The notes: a model not told the origin generated them from the letters alone. Shown: positions 39,576 to 48,329, numbered from the stretch's first letter. The stretch: DNA of 64,000 bases from Acetobacteraceae bacterium (GCA_965246835.1 CBDFFQ010000001.1:2558451-2622450); one strand, 5' to 3'. A program made the numbers and translations.

Positions 39576-40771
39576 CACGCGGCCTCCCTGACGTTCCTGT
39601 ATGCGTCAGCAACGGCGCGGCTGACCCATGGCGGCAATCCTGATACGTCGGGATGCACTTTCTTCATGATGGTCCGATATGCGGCTGTCACTTCGTCCCG
39701 GGACGCTCCGCGTGTCAGGCCGAGCACCTCCCACGGATCGGATGCTGTCGTCGCGTCAGCAGGTTCCTCGGCTGCAACGTCGCGCCATGCGGGATGAGCC
39801 GCATCTAGGTAGGCTTCGAGGAGGTCAGCGTCCATCCCGTGCTTCTCCGTTCGAAGCAGACCGAGCAGTTCGACAAGGCGCGGCACTGTTATGTCAGTGA
39901 AGGTCGTTTCAGCGGGCCAGCCGCCGAACCCACGACGAAGGTGCCCGTGAACACGACCATCGGCATCAACGTCCACGACGATGATATCGCCGTCGTCCCC
40001 GGCCTTTTTACGTCGGCCAGAGGTCCGCTTCAGTTGCTCGGTGGGGTCTACGCCCAGCCAAACAAGTGCTTCGTCAAGAACCAGCTTTTCCACTTCCTGG
40101 GAAACCGATGAAGCGGGTCGCAACATCTGAACCTCCTCTGTCTCCAGGAGACCATCGGCTGCCTCGGCCACAACACTGTTCAATTCAATGCAGCGCTGAA
40201 GGTCACGCTCCCATGCTTCCGCTGCCAGCGCGCCGATTCGCTTTGCCCCCGCGTCAGCAGAGCCGTGCATTGCAGCGGCAAGTCTGAATGCCCCATCGGA
40301 CACCCAAACCGTGCTGCTCTTCTTCACGGCTTGCCATCCTGTCGGTCCGTTTCCGCCCGTGGGCGTGCCGCCCGTGACAAGCTCCCGCTTGAATGGATGC
40401 TCCGGTTCTCTGTCGTCCGCTGCTACCGACGGCTCCCGAGGCGGTGGCGGCTCGTCCGTGCGCCACAGGTGTGCCGTATCGAGAAGCGTCCACAGAGCTA
40501 CGTACGCGGGCTGAACGCCACCGTTGGCCGTTTTTGCCGTCGCCCTGCGGTGCTCGGGAAGGCCATCCGTAGGAACGACGCGCCTGACCAGCGTGTGGGA
40601 GATTGCAGGACCGATAAGCGCGTTCTCCCCTCTGACCGGCAACTCGAAAATTTCACCCGTCTCGGGATGAACAGCCTCACCTTCGAGCAACAAATCCTGC
40701 CGGATGAAGGACACCTGCCGCCGAATAGGCTGACCGAGTCCGGTTGAGAATGAAAGTATGTGACGGCTCAT
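39575..40771 (-). CDS. protein with C-terminal J-domain (DnaJ-like)
   Basis: C-terminus DPWEVLGLTRGASRDEVTAAYRTIMKKVHPD carries the HPD motif. The N-terminal ~330 aa are unassigned. Confidence 0.7.
   Translation of the reverse strand: MSRHILSFSTGLGQPIRRQVSFIRQDLLLEGEAVHPETGEIFELPVRGENALIGPAISHTLVRRVVPTDGLPEHRRATAKTANGGVQPAYVALWTLLDTAHLWRTDEPPPPREPSVAADDREPEHPFKRELVTGGTPTGGNGPTGWQAVKKSSTVWVSDGAFRLAAAMHGSADAGAKRIGALAAEAWERDLQRCIELNSVVAEAADGLLETEEVQMLRPASSVSQEVEKLVLDEALVWLGVDPTEQLKRTSGRRKKAGDDGDIIVVDVDADGRVHGHLRRGFGGWPAETTFTDITVPRLVELLGLLRTEKHGMDADLLEAYLDAAHPAWRDVAAEEPADATTASDPWEVLGLTRGASRDEVTAAYRTIMKKVHPDVSGLPPWVSRAVADAYRNVREAA
39692..39707. repeat. motif A copy 8
   Basis: ttcGTCCCGGGACgct. 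In the J-domain CDS, read as S-R-D on the minus strand. Confidence 0.8.
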
Positions 40772-40799
40772 GATGGTTCTCCCGGATTGCGGAAGAGAA

Positions 40800-40815
40800 C
40801 CATCGGTGGCGATGG
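40800..40815. repeat. motif B copy 5
   Basis: CCATCGGTGGCGATGG, in the divergent promoter region 40772..40934. Confidence 0.6.
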
Positions 40816-40934
40816 ATTAACTGCTTCCAGTCCAGAATGTCATGGATGAACGGCGTGTGTCAGCTGTTCTGTTCACCTAGCGCAATATATGTTGCTAGCT
40901 GCATTTGTTACCGGGCGCTGATACGCTGTTGTCG

Positions 40935-41624
40935 ATGACAAACGCGAGCAAAGATACTGTTCTGCTTTCAACGACCGAGGCTGCGGAGCTTGCCGGTGTG
41001 AGTCAGCAGGCACTCAATCTGTGGATCCACCGCGGTCTTCCCGGTGCCCGTCGGCTGGGTGGGTCGTGGGGCATTGAGCGGGAGCAGTTCGAGGCGTTCC
41101 TGCGCCATCGCGCCGCCCACTGCGCAAAGAACTGGTATCGCAGCTTCGGGAAAGCCGCGGTCGAGGCCCCGGGGTCAGACCCCTCCGTCTCTCAGGACTT
41201 CATCACCATTGCCGATGCAGTCCGGCACAGCGGGTTTACGAAGAGTGCCGTTGAGGGGTGGGTCAAGAGGGGCGTGGTGTCTGCCGTGCATGTCGGAACC
41301 AGGCGCTGGCTGCTCAGCCGGGCATCACTGGATGCGTGGCTGCTGCGGCGGACCGAAGAGCCGAACCTGCCCGGGCACATCACGGTCGGGAAGGCAGCGG
41401 AGCAGGCGGGCACCGACAGGGACACCATACGGAAGTGGCTGAAGCGAGGGCAGGTAGCGGGGACAACCGTTGACGGGAACAAAATGGTGGAGAGTGCGTC
41501 GCTGGAAGCGTGGCTGGTCAGGCGGGCACATCATTACAGGCGACGTCCCGAGTGGATAGGCGGCAAAGGCAGGAAGCGGGTCAGCGCCTCAGTCCAGCAC
41601 CGAACTGAAGTCCGGCCGCAGTAG
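40935..41624 (+). CDS. DNA-binding protein with three tandem excisionase/MerR-type HTH (HTH_17-like) modules
   Basis: Three repeats: LLSTTEAAELAGVSQQALNLWIHRG, FITIADAVRHSGFTKSAVEGWVKRG and HITVGKAAEQAGTDRDTIRKWLKRG. Each is followed by ..SLDAWL / SLEAWL / QFEAFL. Confidence 0.65.
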   Translation: MTNASKDTVLLSTTEAAELAGVSQQALNLWIHRGLPGARRLGGSWGIEREQFEAFLRHRAAHCAKNWYRSFGKAAVEAPGSDPSVSQDFITIADAVRHSGFTKSAVEGWVKRGVVSAVHVGTRRWLLSRASLDAWLLRRTEEPNLPGHITVGKAAEQAGTDRDTIRKWLKRGQVAGTTVDGNKMVESASLEAWLVRRAHHYRRRPEWIGGKGRKRVSASVQHRTEVRPQ

Positions 41625-42347
41625 ATAGCGCTGAGGTGCAAACCGCAGATGCCTGACTACAGGGAGCTGCGGGTCGCGGGAGATGGGCAGCGTGACCGAG
41701 AAGTTCCGCACCACGACGTGGCAAACATCACCCCGGACTTCGAAACGGAACGGGTCGCTCCAGAACGGCATGTTTTCAGCGGACGGTGCGGGTGCGTCAC
41801 CCCCGAGGACCATCTGGGACATCGCAGGTATATCCCGCAGGAATCTGTCGGGTGCGAAGAACTGCCTCCGCGCCAGAATGCCGGCAGGCGTGAAAGCGAC
41901 CTTGTAGCCAAACCTTGCGACCATCGCGAGATAGCCCACCGAAAACGCAGCAACGCTCACACGCTCCGTTAGCTTACCTTTGCCTCTGAAAACCGAACGG
42001 TTCATCAGCGCTCGCAATGACGCGTCGTAGAAGCTGCCCTTCCACCCGTTGCAGCCGTTGCCCTGCGTTCGCCGCCCTTTCACGGTCAGCGGCGCGCTGC
42101 ACAGCAGGATGTGGCCGCTGCGCATGCTGGCCGAAAGGCTTGCCTTCACGAACTGAGGGTCATCGGCCAGGGCTTGCCGCGGAACGATGTGCTCAAGGCT
42201 GAATGCACTGCGTTGAAGGAGGCGGCCACAAACACAACAGCGCAGGCGGTCGGCCTCTACGGGCCCGCTGACCGCTTCCAGGTCTGCCCGCATCTCATGC
42301 CAGAGCTTGTCCGTTCGGGCCGCGGTAAGCAGGTTCATCTCGCCCAT
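41589..42347 (-). CDS. HNH-type endonuclease domain protein
   Basis: CCVCGRLLQRSAFSLEHIVPRQAL ... NGCNGWKG. The start overlaps the relaxase stop. Confidence 0.6.
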   Translation of the reverse strand: MGEMNLLTAARTDKLWHEMRADLEAVSGPVEADRLRCCVCGRLLQRSAFSLEHIVPRQALADDPQFVKASLSASMRSGHILLCSAPLTVKGRRTQGNGCNGWKGSFYDASLRALMNRSVFRGKGKLTERVSVAAFSVGYLAMVARFGYKVAFTPAGILARRQFFAPDRFLRDIPAMSQMVLGGDAPAPSAENMPFWSDPFRFEVRGDVCHVVVRNFSVTLPISRDPQLPVVRHLRFAPQRYLLRPDFSSVLD

Positions 42348-44260
42348 GGCGGCACCGGAACATATGCGGGAGCCTCATCGAGCACTGCCCAATCAAAACC
42401 GAGGCCGGCTGCTTCCTCCCGCAACTCAGCCTGCTCCTCATCGCTGAGGGGACAATCCAACACCTTAATACCTTGCCTGAGCAGTTCCCGCGCCGCAGCA
42501 ACCCTGAACTCCGGGTCGCCATCCACCTCGACTGCTTGCCAGCCACGCCGGGCGACGCAGGCGACCAACTCGGCAACGGCGACGTCGTCCGCCGGACCTT
42601 TGACGGTTATCTTGTCGCCTGTATCCAGAATTTGCGTGCCGCTCCACAGGGTCAGCATCACGTATTTGCCGTCCTCCTCAACGTCCACACGCCTGAGCGC
42701 CAGCACGGCCTCCACGGGCAGGTAATCAACCAGTTTGTATGTACGTTTCACGACCAGCGCGAGAAAGCGCAGCCGGCGTTCCCTGACGGTCTTGGGGTCC
42801 TCGGCACAGCGCAGCGACACCTTGGGGCTACCTTCAGGCGCAGGACGGATGTCAAAGCGGTCGATGCTGCGGAGTGCCGCACCAAGCCACTCATCGCGCT
42901 GATGCCGTCGAAAATGCTGTTCGAGTGATGCGGCCTCAAGAAGCTTCTTCAGGCGCGCTGCTCGCCTGTTCTCTGCTTCCTCGGCTTCGGCACCGCCCGC
43001 TCCACTTCTATCTTCTCGGCCAGCGTTGCCTCGTCCGCCTGCCGTGCTGCTCTGGGCGAGGCGATACGCAGCAGTGCGTTCAGCAGCTGCTTCACTTCCC
43101 GCAGTTCCTGCACTTGCTCCGTCAGTAACGCCTCTATCCTGTCGAGTGACGTTGCTCCGTCCGTCGCCTCGGCTCTGTCCAGCAGCGACATCAATCTGCT
43201 CACCCCGCTTCCCGCGTCGAGCGCTGCCGCGACCGGCGGGGTCATCCCGCGCCTGTCCAACTCTCTGAGCTGTGCCGGCTCGCCAATACCTGCGAGAAAC
43301 TCGTCGTACTCGCCCGTTCCCCAAATCCTGTTCTGCGATTTGCCCTGTATCATCGTGTTCCTCCCCTTGGAGCGGTTTCCAGCCGCCCATCCATGTTTCG
43401 GCTTCTCCGAGCTTCACCTTCAGCAGCCTGTGCAGCGCGCCGGCATACGACCAGTTGCCCGCGCGGCTTTGAACCTCGATTATCCAGCGGCTGTCTTTCC
43501 GTCCCGGGACGGTCCGCAGGCCGTATTCGGCAAGCGATGCTGCGAATGCCTCAGGTCCGTCGCTGAGCATGCGGCATTCCCGCACCTGGTCAGCAATCTC
43601 CGGCAACGTCCGTTCTGCGAGTTTTTGCGTTTCCTTGTCGTCTTCGTCCTTGCAACGGCTCGCCCGACGCTTCACCGCCTGCACTTGGTGAGTTGTGTAG
43701 GCGGCCTGCGGTTCTGCCTTCACGTTTAGGCCGTCGCCAATCAACAAGTCTGCATCGTCCTCCCGCCCTTCAGCACGCAGGCGCTCGATGATGATGCGGT
43801 TGAACGCGCCCTGAACAATGCTGTGGCCCCAGCGAGCTTCGAGGACGCGGCTAACCTTCTCCTGCCGCGCGTAACTCCAGCGGCTACTGAGCACGCGACC
43901 GTTTGTTGGGTTCACCTCCGGCACCAGCACGTGCAGGTGGAATTCTGAAGCCGCATCGTGCAGCCGCCGTTTCTGATGGCCCACGACTACGGCATCATCT
44001 TCGCTAAAGCCGAATTCCAGCGCGAGGTCCGTCACCGCTTCCGCCATTTGCGCACGGGTGGGTGTCTCGCGCGGAGCTATCTTGAAATGCCGAATCCCGT
44101 ATGTCCGCCGCCAATGGCGCGCGTCATCAACGGCATCATACAGGGCCTGTTCGCTCCCTTGCAGAACGACAATCCGCTCGTTCGCCGTGCCATGGAATAC
44201 GTGGTCAGCCGTGGCTTTCGCACCCTTCGAAGCCAGCAGGCGGGCGCTCTGGACAATCAC
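42335..44260 (-). CDS. relaxase/mobilization nuclease with C-terminal LPD7-like domain
   Basis: The N-terminal 150 aa carry a histidine triad-like FHLHVLVPEVNP. Ala/Arg/Gly-rich linker. C-terminal ITVKGPADDVAVAELVACVARRGWQAVEVDGDPEF. Confidence 0.7.
   Translation of the reverse strand: MIVQSARLLASKGAKATADHVFHGTANERIVVLQGSEQALYDAVDDARHWRRTYGIRHFKIAPRETPTRAQMAEAVTDLALEFGFSEDDAVVVGHQKRRLHDAASEFHLHVLVPEVNPTNGRVLSSRWSYARQEKVSRVLEARWGHSIVQGAFNRIIIERLRAEGREDDADLLIGDGLNVKAEPQAAYTTHQVQAVKRRASRCKDEDDKETQKLAERTLPEIADQVRECRMLSDGPEAFAASLAEYGLRTVPGRKDSRWIIEVQSRAGNWSYAGALHRLLKVKLGEAETWMGGWKPLQGEEHDDTGQIAEQDLGNGRVRRVSRRYWRAGTAQRVGQARDDPAGRGSARRGKRGEQIDVAAGQSRGDGRSNVTRQDRGVTDGASAGTAGSEAAAERTAAYRLAQSSTAGGRGNAGREDRSGAGGAEAEEAENRRAARLKKLLEAASLEQHFRRHQRDEWLGAALRSIDRFDIRPAPEGSPKVSLRCAEDPKTVRERRLRFLALVVKRTYKLVDYLPVEAVLALRRVDVEEDGKYVMLTLWSGTQILDTGDKITVKGPADDVAVAELVACVARRGWQAVEVDGDPEFRVAAARELLRQGIKVLDCPLSDEEQAELREEAAGLGFDWAVLDEAPAYVPVPPWAR
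43498..43513. repeat. motif A copy 9
   Basis: tccGTCCCGGGACggt. In the relaxase CDS, read as V-P-G-R on the minus strand. Confidence 0.8.
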
Positions 44261-44742
44261 CGCAGCCCCCTTGGCCGTAACAGCGCGGTAAGCTCACCCC
44301 GCAGCCCGTCCAGAGCCGTGTGTGCATCCCGCACTGCCTTAGACAGCGCCTCGGCATCCACGGCTTGCCCGGCCTTGGCAGCCGCATTTGCGTGCGCCAT
44401 GGCCTGGTTGAGATTGCTGCCCACGCCGCTCCCGATATCCCGCCGAAGCCGCGCAATCTCGGCAAGCACCTCATCCGACAGCCGTGGCGTACTCTCCCCC
44501 TCAGCAGCCGAAAGCAGAAGCCCTCGCGACCATGATGAGAGGTCAGGATATCCCGCCCGCCTGGATGCTGCGGTCAGCCGGATCTTCTCACTCGGTAGAA
44601 CCCTGAAGCGAACAAACCCGCTTCGGAAAGCCCTGACTGACGGCGGACGGCCACCACGATCACGCTTCGTCGCGGGCTTCCCATCCGGTAACGCGAAGGG
44701 GTCGGACAGCCAATCTGCCATGTCAGGGAGCCGGGCTTTCAT
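44257..44742 (-). CDS. mobC: MobC-family relaxosome accessory protein
   Basis: Start set at MKARLPDMADW. GSNLNQAMAHANAAAK is the MobC signature. The stop overlaps the relaxase start. Confidence 0.75.
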   Translation of the reverse strand: MKARLPDMADWLSDPFALPDGKPATKRDRGGRPPSVRAFRSGFVRFRVLPSEKIRLTAASRRAGYPDLSSWSRGLLLSAAEGESTPRLSDEVLAEIARLRRDIGSGVGSNLNQAMAHANAAAKAGQAVDAEALSKAVRDAHTALDGLRGELTALLRPRGLR

Positions 44743-45154
44743 GACCGCCGGTTCCGTGGTCACCTGAGTTACTGAGCACCTCCACAGGCGGCGTGACACC
44801 ATAGGTGCGGGCGTGCGTGAGGTAGCCGTAAAGCGCACACTCCACAGCGTAGCCCCAGTTAACCGCTGTCTGGAGGTTTTCAGCGTAATGATTGAAAACA
44901 CGGACCGCGGGCGACATTGTTTCCTCGTCAACGTGGGCCTGGCATAGCGTGACTGCCCCAGCGTCAGCTGGCTCCTCAGTGCCTGCAACCCGCCCCATGT
45001 CGGCGAAGACGGGCCGAAGAAGTTCAAGCAAAGGCTCGGGCGTATTCTCGTCCATCCAGCGGGGTAGGTTTTCGGCGATGTACCTGACCGTCTCCGGCGG
45101 AACCGCTGGCACGCTGCCGTCAACCGTTTCATTGCTGCTTATTCCTGTCGTCAT
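44723..45154 (-). CDS. hypothetical protein
   Basis: Start set at MTTGISSNETV (ATG 45154). Coding-like. Overlaps the mobC start. Confidence 0.5.
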   Translation of the reverse strand: MTTGISSNETVDGSVPAVPPETVRYIAENLPRWMDENTPEPLLELLRPVFADMGRVAGTEEPADAGAVTLCQAHVDEETMSPAVRVFNHYAENLQTAVNWGYAVECALYGYLTHARTYGVTPPVEVLSNSGDHGTGGHESPAP

Positions 45155-45187
45155 AGCCCACTCTCCTTCATGCGGAGCGGCATCAGT

Positions 45188-45203
45188 GCCGTCCCGGGAC
45201 GGA
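45188..45203. repeat. motif A copy 10
   Basis: gccGTCCCGGGACgga, 37 nt upstream of the 45154 start. Confidence 0.8.
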
Positions 45204-45400
45204 TGAGAAGACCGATACCTGCTTGACCGCTCAGGGCCGCTCAGGCGGGGGTTCCACAGGGGCGCAGCCCTTTGGCGAGTTGTTCTGTGGCACACGGAAC
45301 ATGCCTCGCAATCCCTGATAGTCTTCACCATCCGTGTTACTGAGGATAGTCGGCCCGTACGCAAATTACCGGTGAAATCGTATTATGGAAGTAATTGGGT

Positions 45401-45416
45401 TCCGTCCCGGGACAGA
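45401..45416. repeat. motif A copy 11
   Basis: tccGTCCCGGGACaga, intergenic. Confidence 0.8.
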
Positions 45417-45523
45417 AGAGGCTGACTGTGTTTAACTGAGGCTTGCGGTCTTCCATGCCGTACGGTGTGTCACCCACGCGGTATTTTACGATGGCCGAGG
45501 GTGCGGTGTCGGGACGTTGAAAG

Positions 45524-45539
45524 CCATCGGTGCTGATGG
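45524..45539. repeat. motif B copy 3
   Basis: CCATCGGTGCTGATGG, intergenic. Confidence 0.7.
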
Positions 45540-45545
45540 GGATAG

Positions 45546-45845
45546 TCAACCATCGCCGTGGAGAAGGAGTGCCCATCCCGGAACGAGGGAGCCGACTAGA
45601 GGGCCGGGGCCGTGGGCATCTTCGCAGAGGTAGATGGAGACCTGCCGTCCTCGGCAGCCGTTGCACCGCAATCGTATCATCGTATCGGCCACGGTCTGGC
45701 CGTTCAGCTCAGGGTTGGTGTCCAGCATCAGGCGCACGGGATGAGGAGTGGAATGGCCGCAGCCGCAGCGCACGTATAACCAGCGAGCACGGATGCTGCC
45801 CAGCGTGCAGGCAAGGGCGACAGAGCGGTCGAAGGGTGGTGACAT
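45546..45845 (-). CDS. small Cys-rich (zinc-ribbon-like) protein
   Basis: MSPPFDRSV..YVRCGCGHS..LRCNGCRGRQV. CxC...CxxC pattern. Confidence 0.45.
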   Translation of the reverse strand: MSPPFDRSVALACTLGSIRARWLYVRCGCGHSTPHPVRLMLDTNPELNGQTVADTMIRLRCNGCRGRQVSIYLCEDAHGPGPLVGSLVPGWALLLHGDG

Positions 45846-45929
45846 AGACAAGAACGTATCAGGAACTGCTAAGATTGCCACCTTCGAGGAAGCTGCACAG
45901 GCTCAAGCCTCCGGGGCCTGCTTGCTGAA

Positions 45930-45946
45930 CCCATCGGCACTGATGG
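45930..45946. repeat. motif B copy 4
   Basis: CCCATCGGCACTGATGG, in the divergent region between 45845 and 45982. Confidence 0.7.
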
Positions 45947-45981
45947 ATTATGTGGGAGCGTGCAGGACCGGAGATGATTGC

Positions 45982-46233
45982 ATGGCCGATGAAACGGATT
46001 TCATCCGGGAGTTGATGGCCCGTGAAGGGCTGACCGAGTATGCCGCGCTGGCACGGGTCGAGCACAACCGCACGCGGATTGCAGAGACGCGCACGGCCAT
46101 TCGGGAGCGGATTGCAGAGAGCGACATGGAGATTGCCGAGCACCTACGTGGCAGCTTCGGAAATGTGCTTCCCGGCCATGTGAGCGCCGAGGAATTCCTT
46201 GCAGAGGACGGAACCGAAGAGCCGCCACGTTAG
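45982..46233 (+). CDS. small hypothetical protein
   Basis: MADETDFIRELMAREGLTEYAALARVEHNRTRIAE.. The start is uncertain; ATG 45943 is an alternative. Confidence 0.4.
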   Translation: MADETDFIRELMAREGLTEYAALARVEHNRTRIAETRTAIRERIAESDMEIAEHLRGSFGNVLPGHVSAEEFLAEDGTEEPPR

Positions 46234-46241
46234 AACACCAC

Positions 46242-46727
46242 CTAACTGTGCAATCCTGCCAGTCTCTTAATGGCAACCACGGCCGGCCCGGATATCTCAA
46301 TGCGGACGTCCGTGCCCCAGCGCTCCGACACTACCGCCTGAGCAGACAGGCCAGCGTCAAGGTGTGGCGCGAGGTCAGCCGCCACAGCACGGGGCAGGTA
46401 TCCGCAGCGTATGCCGTAAGCGGAATGCACGGCCAATGCATTCCCATCAACGCGGTTGTCCGGTTCGCGCCTCAGTTGAAGCTGGTCGCCCTCGGAGAGG
46501 CTAACCGACGGTGGATCACCGAGCGCGTAGAAAAGCCCTGCAATCCTAGATTTAAGTGGTCGGTTTAGATCCACCACACCCCGCAAACCGTCGAGGGCAG
46601 CCTCAACTTGGTCAGCGAACGTCTCGGCCGTCCTGTGCGTGACCGGGGCCGCACGGACGGCCAGCACTGCGGTGCGGATGTGGTCAATTGCGGTGTTGAC
46701 GGACTCTGAGAGCGGCAGCGTGTTCAT
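46242..46727 (-). CDS. HIRAN domain protein
   Basis: GDQLQLRREPDNRVDGNALAVHSAYGIRCGYLPRAVAADLAPHLDAG matches the HIRAN signature. Start set at MNTLPLSE. Confidence 0.65.
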   Translation of the reverse strand: MNTLPLSESVNTAIDHIRTAVLAVRAAPVTHRTAETFADQVEAALDGLRGVVDLNRPLKSRIAGLFYALGDPPSVSLSEGDQLQLRREPDNRVDGNALAVHSAYGIRCGYLPRAVAADLAPHLDAGLSAQAVVSERWGTDVRIEISGPAVVAIKRLAGLHS

Positions 46728-46811
46728 CTGCCAGAATACCGGAGCGCGGTGCGGAACACAGCTATTATTGTTCCGCTTGCGTATGAACATCGATGTTCGT
46801 CAAAATCGTAG

Positions 46812-47813
46812 ATGCCCCGCCAAACCGCCCCAGCTCACCTCCTTCCCTATGGTCTCGACAAAACCGGAGAACTCCGATGCGTTGATGACGTCGCGCAAGG
46901 CCTCGCCTGCGGCTGCACATGTCCGGGCTGCGGCGACACGCTCGTCGCACGGAAGGGCAAGATTGTTGTCCACCACTTCGCCCATGTCGGGCCCGAATGC
47001 GGAGCGCTGGGCGGGGAGTCAGCCCTGCACCTGCTTGCCAAGCACGCCCTTGCTGAACACCGCCGCATCCTGCTCCCCGCGGCCACTGCAGCGACGGACA
47101 TTTTTAAGGTAACCGTCGAGGCGGCCCATGTCGCTGTAGCCGACGAGGTCGCGGTCGAGGTGTCGATGAACGGCTTTCGCCCGGACGCGGTTATCAGCGT
47201 CGAGGACCGCGAGGTGCTTGTCGAGTTCCGCGTCTCTCACCCCGTCGATGAGGATAAGGCAAGGCGCGTTCGTGAAGCAGGACGCTTCTGCGTTGAAATC
47301 GACCTGCGGGGCTTCGACTGGTCGGGCAGCCGCGCCGACCACGAGCGGCGCATCCTCGGACTGGAAAGCGCTTCGGACGGCCACGGCTTCTCCCCGGTGC
47401 GACAGTGGATCCACCATCCTGCGGCGGAGAGACGCGGGGCGGAGCTGGCGGACGAAGCACGACGTGAAGCTGCCGCCAGAAAGGAACGGCTGCGCAGGCG
47501 ACTGCGGGAGAACCCGCCTGCGGACGACAGGCCGTACAGCAAACCCGAAACCGTCGCATTGAAGCCTGACACGGATGCTGACTGGGTCAGGTATGTCCGC
47601 AGCTGTCACGGGCGGGCTGTCGCCGAAGCGAAGGAGTGGGCAGCGCGCGAACTCGGACAGGAGTGTGACGACCAGGTTGAACGCTTCGTCGCCCGCATCA
47701 TCGCTCGTCAGGACGAAGCCGCCATGACGGCACTCGGCATCCTCAGCACCTACGAGTCCGAGTTTCTCCTCAGCAATCTCAGCGCCGCTGTCCGCGCAAC
47801 AACTCGGGCCTGA
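46812..47813 (+). CDS. CoiA-like competence/nuclease family protein
   Basis: CGCTCPGCGDTLVARKGKIVVHHFAH..ESALHLLAK ... FRPDAVI..VLVEFRVSH resembles CoiA (Zn-finger plus a PD-(D/E)xK-like core). Confidence 0.55.
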   Translation: MPRQTAPAHLLPYGLDKTGELRCVDDVAQGLACGCTCPGCGDTLVARKGKIVVHHFAHVGPECGALGGESALHLLAKHALAEHRRILLPAATAATDIFKVTVEAAHVAVADEVAVEVSMNGFRPDAVISVEDREVLVEFRVSHPVDEDKARRVREAGRFCVEIDLRGFDWSGSRADHERRILGLESASDGHGFSPVRQWIHHPAAERRGAELADEARREAAARKERLRRRLRENPPADDRPYSKPETVALKPDTDADWVRYVRSCHGRAVAEAKEWAARELGQECDDQVERFVARIIARQDEAAMTALGILSTYESEFLLSNLSAAVRATTRA

Positions 47814-48043
47814 ACGGGAAAATCGCCTCACAAGGCTCTCAGGTGGGTGTTTTTCGTCCGTCTGCTGTCTGCATACATCCCGAAGCCATTTCATGCGCCT
47901 GCGCGTCTCTGACGGCATCCGCGGGGCATGCGTGCATCTGTCCCTCATGCTCCGACGGCACCGGTCCCACGTCCTTCGGGGTTGTGCTTTTCTTCGAGGG
48001 CCGAAGACGACGCGCCAAGAGCGCGGCGGCGAGGGCCGCACTC

Positions 48044-48067
48044 CTAGGATATCTTAGTATATCCTAG
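48044..48067. repeat. inverted repeat CTAGGATAT-N6-ATATCCTAG next to oriV
   Basis: 9-bp perfect arms. The related AGGATATCCT occurs at 51347..51356, upstream of the primase-helicase gene. Confidence 0.6.
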
Positions 48068-48110
48068 TATACGCGCCAGACGCTCAACGATTCCAATGGG
48101 TTAGACCCCC

Positions 48111-48176
48111 ATCACGACGGCAAAACGACAATACCACGACGGTAAAACGACAATACCACGACGGTAAAACGACAAC
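48111..48176. repeat. oriV iterons: three tandem 22-bp direct repeats
   Basis: atCACGACGGcAAAACGACAAT / ACCACGACGGTAAAACGACAAT / ACCACGACGGTAAAACGACAAc. Followed by the GACAAC-att-GTTGTC hairpin and an AT-rich stretch (48181..48300). Directly beside repC. Confidence 0.8.
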
Positions 48177-48329
48177 ATTGTTGTCACTGTTGATAAAGAC
48201 AGAACGGCGCATATCTTTGCGCAATCTTCTAGATACAGCACCTGCGACCACCCGAAAATTTTGTCTTTTTATTTTAATTGCTTAGGTTGAACTTGGGGGC
48301 TAAAGAACAACAGGATGCGCGGCGTGCAT

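Noticed and set aside
48111-48176. Possible CRISPR-like or tandem-repeat array.
   Set aside because: There are only three contiguous 22-bp repeats without spacers, directly next to a RepC-type initiator. They are interpreted as replication iterons.
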